DNA from: Octopus sinensis
Lineage: Eukaryota
DNA length: 64,000 nt
Reading direction: 5' to 3'
Assembly (NCBI RefSeq): GCF_006345805.1
Contig: NC_042998.1
Coordinates: 69,378,001 to 69,442,000, forward strand
Shown here: one piece after another, positions 49,855-63,435 of the stretch
Layout: every line of letters begins with the position of its first letter
Position numbering within the stretch: the first letter of the stretch is position 1
Program-made: the position numbers and the translations under genes
Notes under the pieces: generated by a model
What the model saw: the letters and a program-made list of their open reading frames with translations, nothing else
Databases searched by the model: none
What the model was told of the DNA's origin: nothing

Positions 49855-52800
49855 AGGTTCCTCATTGTAGAGGAGCTGCATGGCTACTTACCTTTTAGAA
49901 GAGAGGGTGGAGGTGATTGGGGTGCATCTGAAAAGTGATAAAAAGAGTGGTGCTAAGGTTTCAGAGTAGTCCTCAAAGGTACGAAGCAGGTCTGAAGGAG
50001 TGGGGCAGATGAGCCAAGAGTGCATGTGGGAGTAGGGGATGTCCGACAGTGTGGGGCAGCAGAAAAAGTAATGATTATAGAATAAAAAGAAGGGCGAAAG
50101 TAAGATGATGTCATGCTGTTGGGTAAGCCTGCAAAATTGGATGGGGAAGAGAAAGAGAGAGAGAAGTGTGGGGGAGGAGGAGGCAGAGAGATAATTTGGT
50201 GGCACAGTGGGGGTGGAGAGAACAGCATTAGTGGATGAAGGGGAATGAGACACACACATGCTGTTATATGATAGACATATATACTCTCTTTTACATGTTT
50301 CAGTCATTTCACTGCGGTCATGCTGGAGCATTGCCTTTAGTCGAGCAAATTGACCGGAGGACTTATTCTTTGTAAGCCTAGTACTTATTCTATCGGTCTC
50401 TTTTTGCTGAACCGCTAAGTTACAGGGATGTAAACACACCAGCATCAGTTGTCAAGCGATGGGGGGGGGGAACAAACAGACACACAAACATATACACCCA
50501 TACATACATACATATATATATATATGCAGATACACAACGGGCTTCTTTCAGTTTCTGTCTACCAAATCCACTCACAAGACTTTGGCCATAAAGCCTACGC
50601 TTTATGGCTGAATGGTTAAAAAGTTTACCTCACAACAATGAGGCCCCACTTTCAATCCCAAAGAGAGGCATCTTTGGCAAATGTCATTTTCTAAAACCTC
50701 AGCTCAACTCATACCTTGTGCATGTTTAACTGGAGTAGGGGGAAACTGTACAGATGCCAATTGGGTGGATTGAACCTGTGATTCAAGAGTCACACTGATT
50801 TAGCTTGAGAATCACGTTAAGGGTACACATGCCTGTGGAATACTCAGCTATTTACACATTAATTCAGGGGGCAGCTATCTCAGTCAACTGAACAACTGCA
50901 TCCTCATCATTGAATAAGAGAGACCCATCACTAGCAATACCGTGATACACATCACGTTTGTCTAAAACCTTTATATCAAAACATAGACATGGTTATGTGG
51001 TTAAGAAGCTTGCTTTACAGCCATATGGTTTCAGGTTCAGTCCCACTTCATTGTATCTTGGGCATGTGTCTTCTTACTATAGCCCTTGGCCGACCAATCT
51101 CTGTCTTGTGATTGAATTTGTTAGATGGAAACTGAAAGAAACCCAATGTGTGTATGTCTGTGTTTTCCCTTACTACTGCTTGACAGCCAGTGTTGGTTTC
51201 TTTATGTCTCAATCACTTAACAGTTCAGCAAAAGAGACCAATAAAATAAGTACCACTATCAAAAATAAGTATTGTGGTTGATTTGTTTGACCAAGCCCTT
51301 CAAAACAGAGCCCCAGCATAGCCGTGTTCCTATGACTGAAACGAGTAAAAAATAAAAGGTATGTGTGGTAAGAAGCTTGCTTCCCAACCACATGGTTCCA
51401 GGTTTAGTCCCACTGTGTGGAGCTTTGGCAAGTGTCTTCTACTAAAGCCTTGTGAATGGATTTGGTCGATGGAAACTGAAAGAAGCCCATCATATATATA
51501 TATATATGTTTGTGTGTGTATGTATGTGTTTGTTGTTTGTGTCTGTCCCCCTACCATCGCTTGACAACCTATGTTGTGTTTACATCCTCATGACTTAGCA
51601 GTTTGGCAAAAAGAGACTGATAGAATAAGTGCTAGACTCACAAAGAGTAAGTCCTGGGATCAATTTATTCGACAAAAGGTGGTGCTCCAGCATGGCTGCA
51701 GTCAAATGACTGAAACAAGTAAAAAATAAAAAGTAAAAAATTTGCTATTTTATAAGAGGTTCCCCCCTCCCCTCCGCCAACAAAATTTTCCCAAAAGTTG
51801 TATAACCTTCAGAACCCCAGCAGCCCCTTTACCAACTGCCACATTGTACTGTTTACAAACATATCGCTTAACAACTCCTCAGCCAATTAGCAACGTTGTT
51901 GCATCTGGTTGTCAGCCTGCACTTGCAATATCACAGGAAGTACTTCCTGATGATTGAAGTTGCTCCTGCTGTTTACAGATGCAAATATTGTGAGGAGTTT
52001 CTCTGCATTGGATGGGCACCACAAGCGCCAGTATTGGCAAAGCAAGTGGTAAGGACAATGTTGCTCTCTGTTTGGCATTTTATTTCAATAAGAGAGACAG
52101 AAAAGACATTTTAGTGACACTGAAACAATATAAGGTGGGAAATCATTTATTTTACTCAAGGAACCTGGGGTGAGGATGCCAAGAACCCCAGATACATGGG
52201 TTCAAAGTGAAACTGCATCAAAATCTGTACCTGTCATGAATCTACTTTCTGTGCTGTGCTTTTAACCATTTCTACCTGTGTCGCACAGGTCCCAATTACG
52301 AAGCGACAAGCTGTTGGCAAGTTGACACGTTAACAAGGTTTCAATCTCTGGTTGGAGCAAATTATAAAGATTTCACTATTGCCATTCTTTGTTTATTTAA
52401 TCAAATAAGGAATGGAACCACCCCTGACCCTTAATTTTTACAGCGTCTCCAAGAGAGGTGGGAGTGAGGAAGGAAGTTATCCCCAAGCCAGTGACCTCAG
52501 CTGGTTGCTTGCAATAGGGTGGACTCTACTAAAGACATCTAAGGAGGAGGTAAGTGGTGGGTGCTAAATCGAAAGACAGGTTGTGTCTAAACCCCATCCA
52601 GAAGCTGACACACAAAGAACTCAAAACACAAAGAGTCAGAAACAAGTATAATAAGGTTGCTCTTATAATTCCACTAACTCCTTTCCCTCTCTTATATTGG
52701 TACCTTTACTTTATTCAGCCCCAAAGTGTGAAAGACAATGTTGAACTTGATGAGATTTGAACACATTGTGCAGAAAACAGGAATAAATACTGCAAAACAC

Positions 52801-53346
52801 TGGGGTTTTTTTCTATGCTCAAACAATCCTGTCTCTGCTCTTGTCTTTCTTAAATCTACCTCAAGTCCAAGGACTCGATGAGTCAGTTGCTCAGTTTCCA
52901 TGGCTTCTGAGTGACTGAGATCACAACATTCCCCCTGGATGGGATGCCAGTCCATCGCAGGGTTAACTCGTTTACAGCTGAGTGGACTGGAGTAACATGA
53001 AATGAAGTATTTCGCTCAAGAACACAATGCTCCACCCTTTCCCAGAGTCAAAACCATGACCTAACAATCACAAGTGTAACCCCTAAACCTTCATGTTATT
53101 GCCTTCTATCAGGGATATCTTTTATCTTTTACTTATTTCAGTCGTTACACTGTGGCCATGCTGGGGCACTGCCTTAAGTATTTTTAGTCAAGTAAATCGA
53201 CCCTAGTACTTTCTTTTTTAAGCCTAATATTTATTCGATCAGTTTCTTATGCCAAATTGCTAAGTTATGGGGACATAAGCACACCACCACTGGCTGTCAA
53301 GCAGTGGTTGGGGACAAACACAGACTCAATGACACTCACACACTTG

Positions 53347-53378
<32 letters not shown>

Positions 53379-54258
53379 ACAGGCTTCTTTCAGTTTCCAT
53401 CTACCAAATTCATTCACAAGGCTTTGATCAGCCCAAGGCTATAGTAGAAAACACTTGCCCAAGGTGCCACACAATGGGACTGAACCTGGAATCATGTGGT
53501 TGGGAAGCAAGCTTCTTAATACACTGCCTGTGCCTAAATTCAAAAGCGCATCACTCGTGCCCTTTTTTGGGGCCATATACTAAAAGCATCAATATTACCC
53601 TTGGCTGAGGCAATATAATAAAAGCGTTACAAGTGCCTGTTGTATGGGCTGTATACAGGGAACTCTGTTTATTACTTCCTACTTATAAAAGATGGGTGTG
53701 TCTGCAGAAATAGTAGTCTTAATAGATTAGAAATTGTTTTTAGCTTCAAAACTCCCTCATTTCTACTCATGTTACAGCTTTTTGTTTTTCACTTGTGATA
53801 TCAACCATTCAATAGACTACAAGAGTAAGGCTGCAAGCTGGTAGAGTCATTAGCACTTTGGGCAAAGCACTTAACAGCATTCTGTCTGTCTTTATGTTCT
53901 GAGTTCAAATTCTACCTAGGTTGACTTTGCCTTTCATCCTTTCAGGGTCGATAAATTAAGTACCACTGATGTCAGTATAATAGACTAGCCCCTTCCCTCA
54001 AAACTGCAGGCTTTGTACCTATAGCTGGAATTATTATTATTATTATTTGCTGAATTGTTAGCACACTGGACGAAATGCTCAGCGGAATTTCACCCGTTGC
54101 TATGTTCTGAGTTCAAATTCTGCTGAGGTCAACTTTACCTTTCACCCTTTCAGGGTCAATAAATCAAGTACCAGTTGAGTAATGAGGTCAATCTAATCAA
54201 CTATCCCCCTCCCCCACAGTTTGAAGCCTTGTGCCTATTATAGAAAAGATTATTATTA

Positions 54259-55533
54259 TCAGGTCATCCTATAAGTTCTGTCCGATTTTACCTTTTTTGA
54301 AATTGAATGAAATTTAATAGTATTTTAGAATGTCTAATGGAATTCAAAATTATTTTTATGCATTTGTGTACATTTAAACTAATTAAATATTATTTTACAG
54401 AATAATTGAATCAAAATTTCTTTAATTAAATCCCTTTCTAACATGGAAGCATCCAAAGAGCATTTGAGGCACATAGTGCTTTATGAGTACAAAAAAGGAA
54501 ACTCTGCAGCCGAAGCAACTCGAAACATACACTCAGTATATGGGAAAGAATGCTTGAATGAAAGAACCTGCAGAAGATGGTTTGCAAAATTCAGAAGTGG
54601 AGATTTCAGCCTTGAAGATAAAGATTGAATAGGACATCCAGTTGAGTTTGATGATAAGCTCCTTGAGGCATTACTTGAAGAAAATCCTGCATTGTAAGTT
54701 GAAGAATTGGCAATAAAGCTTAGTTCAAACCATACAACTATTCATTGTCATCTTCAACAACTTGGAAAATGAGTGCCTCATGAATTGTCCGAAAACAACC
54801 ACAGATCCTGAGTTGACATCTGCTCTTCTCTCCATTCTCATGAACTCATTTCACCCTTTTTGGATAGACTTGTGATTGGTAACGAAAAATGGATCTTCTA
54901 TCGAAATGTTAAACATCATAAACAGTGACTTAGTAAAAAGGAAAAGGCTCAACCACAACCTAGAAGGGAACTTTATGGAAAAAAAAGTTCTTCCCTCTAT
55001 ATGGTGGGATTGATTGCAAAGGAGTAATTCACTTTAAATTGTTACTACCTAATGCAACAATTAATGCTCAAGTCTACTGTCAGAAATTAGAGTGTTTGAA
55101 CCAAGCTTTGAAGAGAAAAAGACCCGCTTTAGTGAATTGAAAAGGTGTGATGTTTCCTCAGGACAAAGCGCAACCCTACACTGCAAAGATCACATCACAG
55201 AAGATCGAAGAGCTTGGTTGGGAAAAAATTCCTCATCCACCTTATTCTACCAACCTTGCTCCTTCAGACTACCATTTGTTTTGTAGTTTACAGAGTCATT
55301 TGGGGGACATAACTTTCACAAGCCAGGAGGAGGTTGAAACTGACATTTCAGAGTTCTTTGCTTTGAACCCAAAAGAGTTTTACATTGATGGGATTAAGAA
55401 GCTTGTAAATAAATGGAAGGAAGTCATAGATAATCAGGGAAAGTATATTGATGATTAAGTTTCAATTAAATATAACATTTGATCACTTGTTTTCTTTATT
55501 CAAAATTCGGACAGAATTTATGGGATGACCTGA
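54259..55533 (+). mobile_element. Full-length (1275 bp) defective mariner transposon
   Basis: 27-bp TIRs TCAGGTCATCC(T/C)ATAA(G/A)TTCTGTCCGA with 2 mismatches; TA TSD; sits in the (TTA)n tail of a SINE. Confidence 0.95.
54443..55458 (+). pseudogene. mariner DD34D transposase pseudogene
   Basis: HTH region RRWFAKFRSGDFSLED, VPHEL, GNEKW, QDKA and YSTNLAPSDYHLF motifs; several stops and frameshifts. Confidence 0.9.
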
Positions 55534-56241
55534 TATTATTATTATTGAAATGCTACTAAACAAAATGCTTTCCTTCTAATTCTTGAGATTCTGAGTTCAA
55601 ATTCTGCCAAGGTCAACATTGCTTTTCATCCTCTCAGAGGTGCTGGGGTCGATGTAACCAACAAGCACCCCACTTCCCCTAAAATTGCTGGCCTAGTACC
55701 AAAATTTGATAGAATTATTATGACAGTCACAGCAGGAGGATTTAATTAATTTGTCAAAATCTTTTACCACACATCTGTAACCTTTGCAATGTTTTTGCAG
55801 TGTCTGACTTTTTCCTGGTTGTTTGGGGATTGCTTTTGTGTTGTTGTTGCTGTTATGTTTATGTATACAAATGTGTGTATATGTGTTTGATGTTTTGATC
55901 CTGTGGTGTGTATGTAATTGCTGAAGGACTTTGTGTATTTATGCTGGCGAGTGTCTCTGTGTGCCAGCCTCTGTGTGTTCTGCTCACTGCTATTATATAT
56001 GAGTGCGCATGCATGTGTGTGCATGTATGTGTGTAAATATTCTTATATTCTCGTATTTGTTTCAGTCATTTGACTGCGACCATGCTGGAGCACCACCTTT
56101 AGTCGAGCAAATCGACCCCAGGACTTATTCATTGTAAGCCTAGCACTTACTCTATCGGTTTCTCTTGCTGAACCGCTAATTGATGGGGACACAGGCATTG
56201 GTTGTCAAGCGATGTTGGGCGACAAACATAGACATACAAAC

Positions 56242-56277
<36 letters not shown>

Positions 56278-59120
56278 GATTGGCTTCTTTCCGTTTCTGT
56301 CTACCAAATCCACTCACAAGGCTTTGGTCAGCCCAAGGCTATAGTAGAAGACACATGCCCAAGGTGCCACACAGTGGGACTGAACCCGGAACCATGTGGT
56401 TGGTAAGCAAGCTACTTACCACACAGCTACTCCTACACCTATATATATCCTATAAAAAGCACCATTCAAGCGTGATTGTTACCTGCATTGCCTTACTGGC
56501 ACTTTTGCTAGTGGCACGTGAAAAAAACATTCGAGTGAGGTTGTTGCCAGTGCTGCTGGACTGGCTCCTGTGCAGGTGGCACATAAAAAGTACCATTTGA
56601 ACATGGCCACTGCCAGTACTGCTCCTCGTGCTGGTGGCACATAAAAGCACCCACTACACTCTTGGAGTGGTTTGCATTAGGAGGGGCATCCATCTGTAGA
56701 AACCCTGCCAGATCAGATTGGAGTCTGGTGCAGGCATCTGGTTCACCAGACCTCAGTCAAATCGTCCAACCCATGCTAGCATGGAAAGTGGACGTTAAAT
56801 GATGATATATATATATATGTATATATATATACATATATACGACGGGCTTTCATTTTCCGTCTACCAAATCCACTCGGCCCAAGGTTATAGAAGACACTTG
56901 CCCAAGGTACCACGCAGTGGGACTGAACCCAGAACCTTATGGTTGATAAGCAAGCTACTTACCACACAGCCACTCCTGCACCTATATACGTTGTTTGTTT
57001 GTTTGTTTTGTCAAATGAGTAGATAACAAGTTTTGGATTTGTCTCTGTTGCCCATCTGTTTTCATGGTAGGTCACTTTCTATCTTACTGTTTATCTATGT
57101 GTGAGGGTGAGTGCATGCAGGCAGGCTCACCAATCTGTCTATCCAGATACTTATAGCTATGTGTATATATACGTATGATTACACACATAAATATACAGGC
57201 ACACATGCATACATATACGCATGTATGTATATATATAGGAACATACATTTATACATAAATAAGAACACTTATATACATTTAAATGCACACACATGTATGT
57301 ACGTGAGTGTGGGGTTGGCAGAACAAACACGAGAAACAGAACTCAATACATAAGTATGTCACCTTTTATCTTTTACTTGTTTCAATCATTAGAGTGTGGC
57401 CATGCTGGGGCACCACCTTAAAGGGTTTAATTTAATAAATTAACCTCATTTTTTTTTAAGCTTAGTACTTATTTTGTCAGTCTGTTTTGCTGAGCCACTA
57501 AGTTAGAGATGTAAACAAGCTAACACTGATTGTCAAGCAGTGGTGGGAGACAAACACAAAGACACACACACAAACACACACACATCATCATCATGCTGGT
57601 ATGGGTTGGCCAGTTTGACTGAGGTCTGGCAAGCCAGGAGGTTGCACCAGGCTCCAATCTGATCTGGCAATGTTTCTTCAGCTGGATGCCCTTCCCAACA
57701 CCAACCACTCAGAGTGTAGTGGGTGCTTTTTACATGCCACCAGCATGGGTGCCAGTCAGGTGGTACTGGCATCAGCCATGACAACAATTTTACTTGACTG
57801 AATAGGTCTTCTCAAGCACGGCACATTGCCCAACAATTGAAGGGAACTCTTAAATGGGTCAGTTATGCAGCACCGGCATAGGCCATAGCTACGATCTCAC
57901 TTAGCTTTCCAGGTCTTCTCAAGCACAGCATATCTCCAAAGGTCTCGGTTGCTTGTCATTACCTCAATGAGGCCTAATGTTCGAAGGTCGTGCGTCACCG
58001 CCTCATCCCAGGTCTTCCTGGGTCAACCGCTTCCATACATGATAAGTTTCTTTAAGTTTCCACCTAACAAATTCACTCACAAGGCTTTGATTGACATGGG
58101 GTTAAGAAGAAGACACTTGCCCAAGTTGCCATGCTGTGGGATTGAACCTGGAACCATGTGGTTGGGAAGCAAGCTTCTTACCACACAGCCATGCCCTGTG
58201 CCTATACTTTTCTATTATTTTTAAAGACAAATCATTACAAAAGTAAGTCAAAGACCGAGAGTTTTATGCTACTTTCAGCCTTTGAGTCACTTTTGTACTT
58301 TCTGCTGATTAAAAATAACAAAGAGTATGTGTGTGTAATTTCATTTATGCACTACATATGTTTCAAAAACAAATTGAATATGTATCGTTTAACAGTTTCA
58401 CTGTTACATAATACAGCTTCCATATATTTTTGAAAAATATGTAATGCATAGCTGTTTCTTCTATCCCTTTGAATTCACTAATTCATTTAAAATAATAATA
58501 ATGAAATTATTGTGTACATTGCTCAGGTGCACAACTCATCAAAGGTGCATGTATAACACATAGAATGATGTACAAAAGTCAGGAAAGTGAACAGTGTATG
58601 AGTCATGATATACATGTATGCATGTGTATGGAGTGGGTGGGGATATCAGGTGTAGTGTTGGAGAATTTCAGGAAGCATGGAGGTTTAATGGATGCAATGT
58701 CTTGGCAACTAACAACTGATGCAGGTAGTTTATTGCAAAGCAAGCAGTTTAAGCTGATTTTGTACTGGAGTTTATTATGTAGTTGATAAAACATTGCTTG
58801 AACACTTTGAATTCAATTGCTAATTATAAAACATAAAATCATCAAATTGTTAATTAAAAAGTAAATCATTATTCTGTCAGCCAAAGAGATAACAAAAAAC
58901 ACACAGGCAACACACACAGTGTTAAATAAACAGTGTCCATGCAATTACAAATACAAACTCACACCCAACACAACTACAAGCACATACTCACCCTTATAGA
59001 CACTCTTAAACACACCAACTGTCCAACCCATGCCAGCATGGACAACGGACGTTAGATGATGATGAACATATAATTTTCATCTTCCCCCTACATACTCTGT
59101 TACTTTCGTTTTCTTTCCGA

Positions 59121-59550
59121 GCAGGCGCAGGAGTGGCTGTGTGGTAAGTAGCTTGCTTACCAACCACATTGTCCCAGGTTCAGTCCCACTGTGTGCCACC
59201 TTGGGCAAGTGTCTTCTACTATAGCCTCGGGCCGACCAATGCCTTGTGAGTGGATTTGGTAGATGGAAATTGGAAGAAGCCCGTCATATATGTATTGTAT
59301 GTGTATATATATATATATATGTATGTATGTGTGTGTGTGTGTATATGTTTGTGTGTCTGTCCTCCCAGCATCACTTGACAACCAATGCTGGTGTGTTTAC
59401 ATCCCCGTAACTTAGCAGTTCGGCAAAAGAGAATGATAGAATAAGTACCAGGCTTACAAAGAATAAGCTCTGTGGTCGAGCTGCTCGACTATAAAGGCAG
59501 TGCTCCAGCATGGCCGCAGTCAAATGACTGAAACAAGTAAAAGAGTAAAA
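59121..59550 (+). mobile_element. Full-length family B SINE
   Basis: Complete head, core, internal microsatellite and tail CCAGCATGGCCGCAGTCAAATGACTGAAACAAGTAAAAGAG. Confidence 0.85.
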
Positions 59551-59679
59551 TAATACTGTCAGTCCTTTCTCCCACCCCACTTTTATTCAATTGTGTGATT
59601 ATACAGGATTTAAAATTAAAGCTGATATTATACTAAAACTGATACTAAAGCTACGAAAATGTGGTTTTAAAGAAAAATG

Positions 59680-60030
59680 CTTAGAATCTCGTATATACAG
59701 AGAGGGTGGCGAATGTGGAAGTGTTGAAGAAGATGAAAGTGAAGAGACAGTTGATGGATACTGTCAGAGAGAGACAGTGGAGATTTGTTGGTCATTTTCT
59801 TAGAGAGGATGACGGAATGAAGCGTTACATGGTGGAGATTGAGCTGGTGGGAAGGAGAGTGAGAGGAAGGCAGAGAATGAAGATGTTTGACTGGATGAAG
59901 AAGAGAATGAACGTGCAGAACGAGAAAGACCTGGGTGATGTTGCGAGGAGAGACAGAAATAAATGGAGGAGGAACAAGCCATGATTTGTGAAAGGCAAGA
60001 ATATGCCATGACACGAGAGAGGGAGAGAGA
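59680..60030 (+). mobile_element. 3' fragment of an RTE-type LINE with a (GA)n tail
   Basis: RISY-ERVANVEVL...RQWRFVGHFLR...GRRVRGRQR...W matches the RTE C-terminal pattern. Confidence 0.75.
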
Positions 60031-60200
60031 GAGAGAGCTAAATTGTATGAATATATATTGATGGGGAAGTAATGCAGAGCAAACCATGTGTTCAGAGCTA
60101 CAATGGATTTCGCAAGATGACTTATTTTCTCCAGTACATACTAGGTATGCATTCTAGTTCACTGGCATGTAAATTATGAATTCTTATATATATATATATA

Positions 60201-60629
60201 ATTTTGGGAGCTGTACTTTTGTGATCCTTTCTAACAATTTGCGTAAGAGTCTGACAGTCGCTATCTGAAAGTTTTGGTTTTCTTCCAGAGTTTTGTTTTG
60301 ACGAAGAGTTTTCCTCTTTCTCAAAGGCTGCCGTTACTTTCGAGACAGTACTTCTTGATACACCAAACATTTCGGCTGTTTTCATTTCGCTAGCACCTGC
60401 CATATGAGCACCTATAATTTGACCTCTTTGAAAGTCCGATCTGTCATTTCAGTGAATTTTAATTACCTTTTTCTGATGATATCTGAAAAAAACCCAGCAA
60501 TTTTAGCAAAATATATTAAGCAACACTAATAATGAATCCAAAAACATTAAAATAAACAAGCTTTTAATGGTTTTATAGATATTTCAAAATTATGATGCTA
60601 GATGTTTCCATTATTTTGTCCAACCCCTG
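60201..60629 (-). mobile_element. 5' part of a Tc1-family transposon, truncated at (TA)n
   Basis: TA then TIR CAGGGGTTGGACAAAATAATGGAAAC; paired-HTH DFQRGQIIGAHMAGAS..TAEMFGVSRSTVSKV..GRKPKLS. Confidence 0.85.
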
Positions 60630-60669
60630 TATGTATATGTATGTATATATATATATATATATATATATA

Positions 60670-60846
60670 CGCCATGATAGATCATTAGCCACTACACACA
60701 TTTTTTTCTCTCCTTGTTTTTTCTGTGTACCTTTCTGTAGAAGAGCGTAGGCTCGAAACGTAAAAGACTTTTTCTATTCCTGAGCGTTATACTAATACAT
60801 CTGTTTGTTTTGTACACCACCTGTCTTTGTCTTTTTCGTAAACTTT

Positions 60847-60850
<4 letters not shown>
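60670..60850 (+). mobile_element. Solo pLTR-like fragment in (TA)n with a degenerate hammerhead-like motif (60731-60766)
   Basis: CTTT-CTGTAGA-A-GAGC GTAG GCTC-GAAA-CG-TA-AAAG; (TA)n on both sides. Confidence 0.55.
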
Positions 60851-60883
<33 letters not shown>

Positions 60884-63016
60884 CTGTAAGAAGTTTATAA
60901 GCTTCAAGCAGTGTGTGGTACATATGGCAAACAAAAAGTGCTCAGTGTATGATAAGCGACACACTTTTTCCAATATTGAAGTTTTGAGGGTTTCTATATA
61001 GCTCACAGCAACTAGTGGTGGCACAGATATGAATAAAAATTCCAAACTGAGGGAGTGGAACAGGTTAAATGCACACTACATATGTTTCTTACTGAGATGA
61101 ATCTCCGATGTAATAGTTATGAGGAGTGCTCAACTTAGCTAATCATCAGACTGAGATCACCTTAATTAACTAAAGGTTACATTGTAATATAGAAAAAAAA
61201 ATTCAAAAATATAAATAGGTCAAGAAGTATATATATATATATATATACACACATATGAGAGGACCCCGTAACTGTGGCCTGTGCCAGTGCAGTAAAACCA
61301 GCCCATTTAAGAGTACCCTTCAATCATTGGGCAATAAACTGCACTTGCAATGACTTGTTGAGGCGAGTGAAGTCATTGTACCGCCTGATTGACACCCATG
61401 CCGGTGGCACCTAAAAAGCACCATTCGAGTGTGATCATTGCCAGTGCCACCTGACTGGTTCCCATGCTGGTGGCACATAAAAAGCACCATTCAAGCATGG
61501 TTGATGCAAGTACCGCCTGACTGGCCCTTGTGCCAGTGGCATTTAAAAAGCAACCACTACACTCTTGGTAGTGGTTGGTATTAGGAAGGGCATCCAACTG
61601 TCGAAACTTTGTGACTGAGTATAGGGAAAAGTCGGGATAGTCATGGCTAGAATAGATTTAATCAAATGTCTTTTGGATCAGGGATGACCTTGGGCTAAAC
61701 AACAGCTGAATGTATTTGAAGATTGCTGGCAGAAAACAGTTGTCTAATCTCAGGTTAACGTTGATTCATCAAACCTATGATCAAAGACATTCCAGCTGTG
61801 ACCATCTGTCTTAGTTTTGCTTTTGTTTGTTGTTGTTTTTTTTTTGTAAACATAATATATCTAGGATGAAGTTACTCAATGAAAACATCTCTTTTTTTAA
61901 TACTGTATGGTGTGATGTGAAGGTATATTGGCTGTTATTTCTAGCAAGTCAAACAGCCACAGCTCCTTCATAGGTAGAAAATGGTAATTTCTTGAATGCA
62001 TAAAAAAAAATGCTAGGAACCTAATATTCCTCACTAGATCCCTAAATGGATGAATGAACCCCTCCATATGTTTTCAGGACCCCTACTGTCCTGCTAACAT
62101 CACCCAGTTTGGCAGCTGTGTTTCATTTCAGGAAGTTAGTCTTCTCTTCTGCCTTCATGTAATTATTTCATTTAATTATTTTATACAAAAGTAGACATGG
62201 CTATAGGGTTAAGAAGCTCATTTTGTGACCAGCTTGTTTCAGAGTTCAGTCCCACAGCACATCTCCTGGAGCAAACATCTGCTGCTATAGCTCCAGGCTA
62301 ACTAATGTCTTCTGAATGACTCCACTTGATGGAAACTTTATAGAAGTCCACCATGTGTGGACTTCTAGAATGGTACCAGTGCCAGTGGCATGTAAAAGCA
62401 CCTATTACACTCTCAAAGTGGTCAGTGTTAGAAAGGGCATCCAGCCATAGAAAACCAAACCAAATCAAACTGGAGTCTGTTACAGCCTTCTAGCATGCCA
62501 GCTCAGTCAAACCATCCAACCCATGCCAGCATGGACAACAGACAGTAAATGATGATGATGATGATATATATATATATAATGTGTTTGAAAGTTGTGTTTT
62601 CTTTGGTATGTTTGTTCCCAAACAACACTTTAGTGCTGTTGACACTGCTGGATTGAATGGTGCTGCCCAGGTGTCGAAACCATAAAGATATCCGTGGGGC
62701 AGCTGTTCATTCAAAAAAAATCAACAGAGTAAATGCCAGAAATGAACAGGGTTTGCATTTTTTTCAACAAAACATATGTATGTCTATAGACATGTATGTA
62801 TTTATGTTTATACATGTAGACATACATATGTGTGTGTGTATGTGCACACCAACATCATTTAAATTCTATTTTCCCTGCCATCATGGGTTTATATATACTT
62901 ATATATATATACACACACACATACATACATACATATATATATATATGCATACACACACAGGCCTCCTGTATGTAGTAGGTGTATGCATACATATAGTACA
63001 CAGGTAACTGGGCTAG

Positions 63017-63377
63017 ATATGAACAGCTGTGTATACATGTACAGGTGTAAGTGCAAACAATTGGGTACAGATTCAGAAACAAAGGGGTGCATAAATGTGT
63101 GGTTAAAAAATTTGAACTGCACCTACCTCCACTTCCCCTACCCCTTACTGAATCTACCCTTCACTAACCTTACATCCCCGCTATACCTACACCTGTACTT
63201 ATATATATATATATTATATATATATATATTATATATATATATATCCTTGTTTCTGTACATAAATATATGCTGAAGCAAATTCCTTACATGTACACACACA
63301 CATGCACCCCTTTGTTTCTGAATCTGTACCCAATTGTTTGCACTTACACCTGTACATGTATACACAGCTGTTCATAT
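63017..63377. repeat. Perfect 76-bp inverted repeat with a 209-bp spacer
   Basis: 63017-63092 is the exact reverse complement of 63302-63377. Confidence 0.95.
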
Positions 63378-63387
63378 ATAATTATGG

Positions 63388-63435
<48 letters not shown>

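Noticed and set aside
51742-52114. Coding-looking stretch with possible acceptor (51978) and donor (52049)
   Set aside because: None of the six frames gave a recognisable domain, and none matches the expected continuation of the ankyrin exon.
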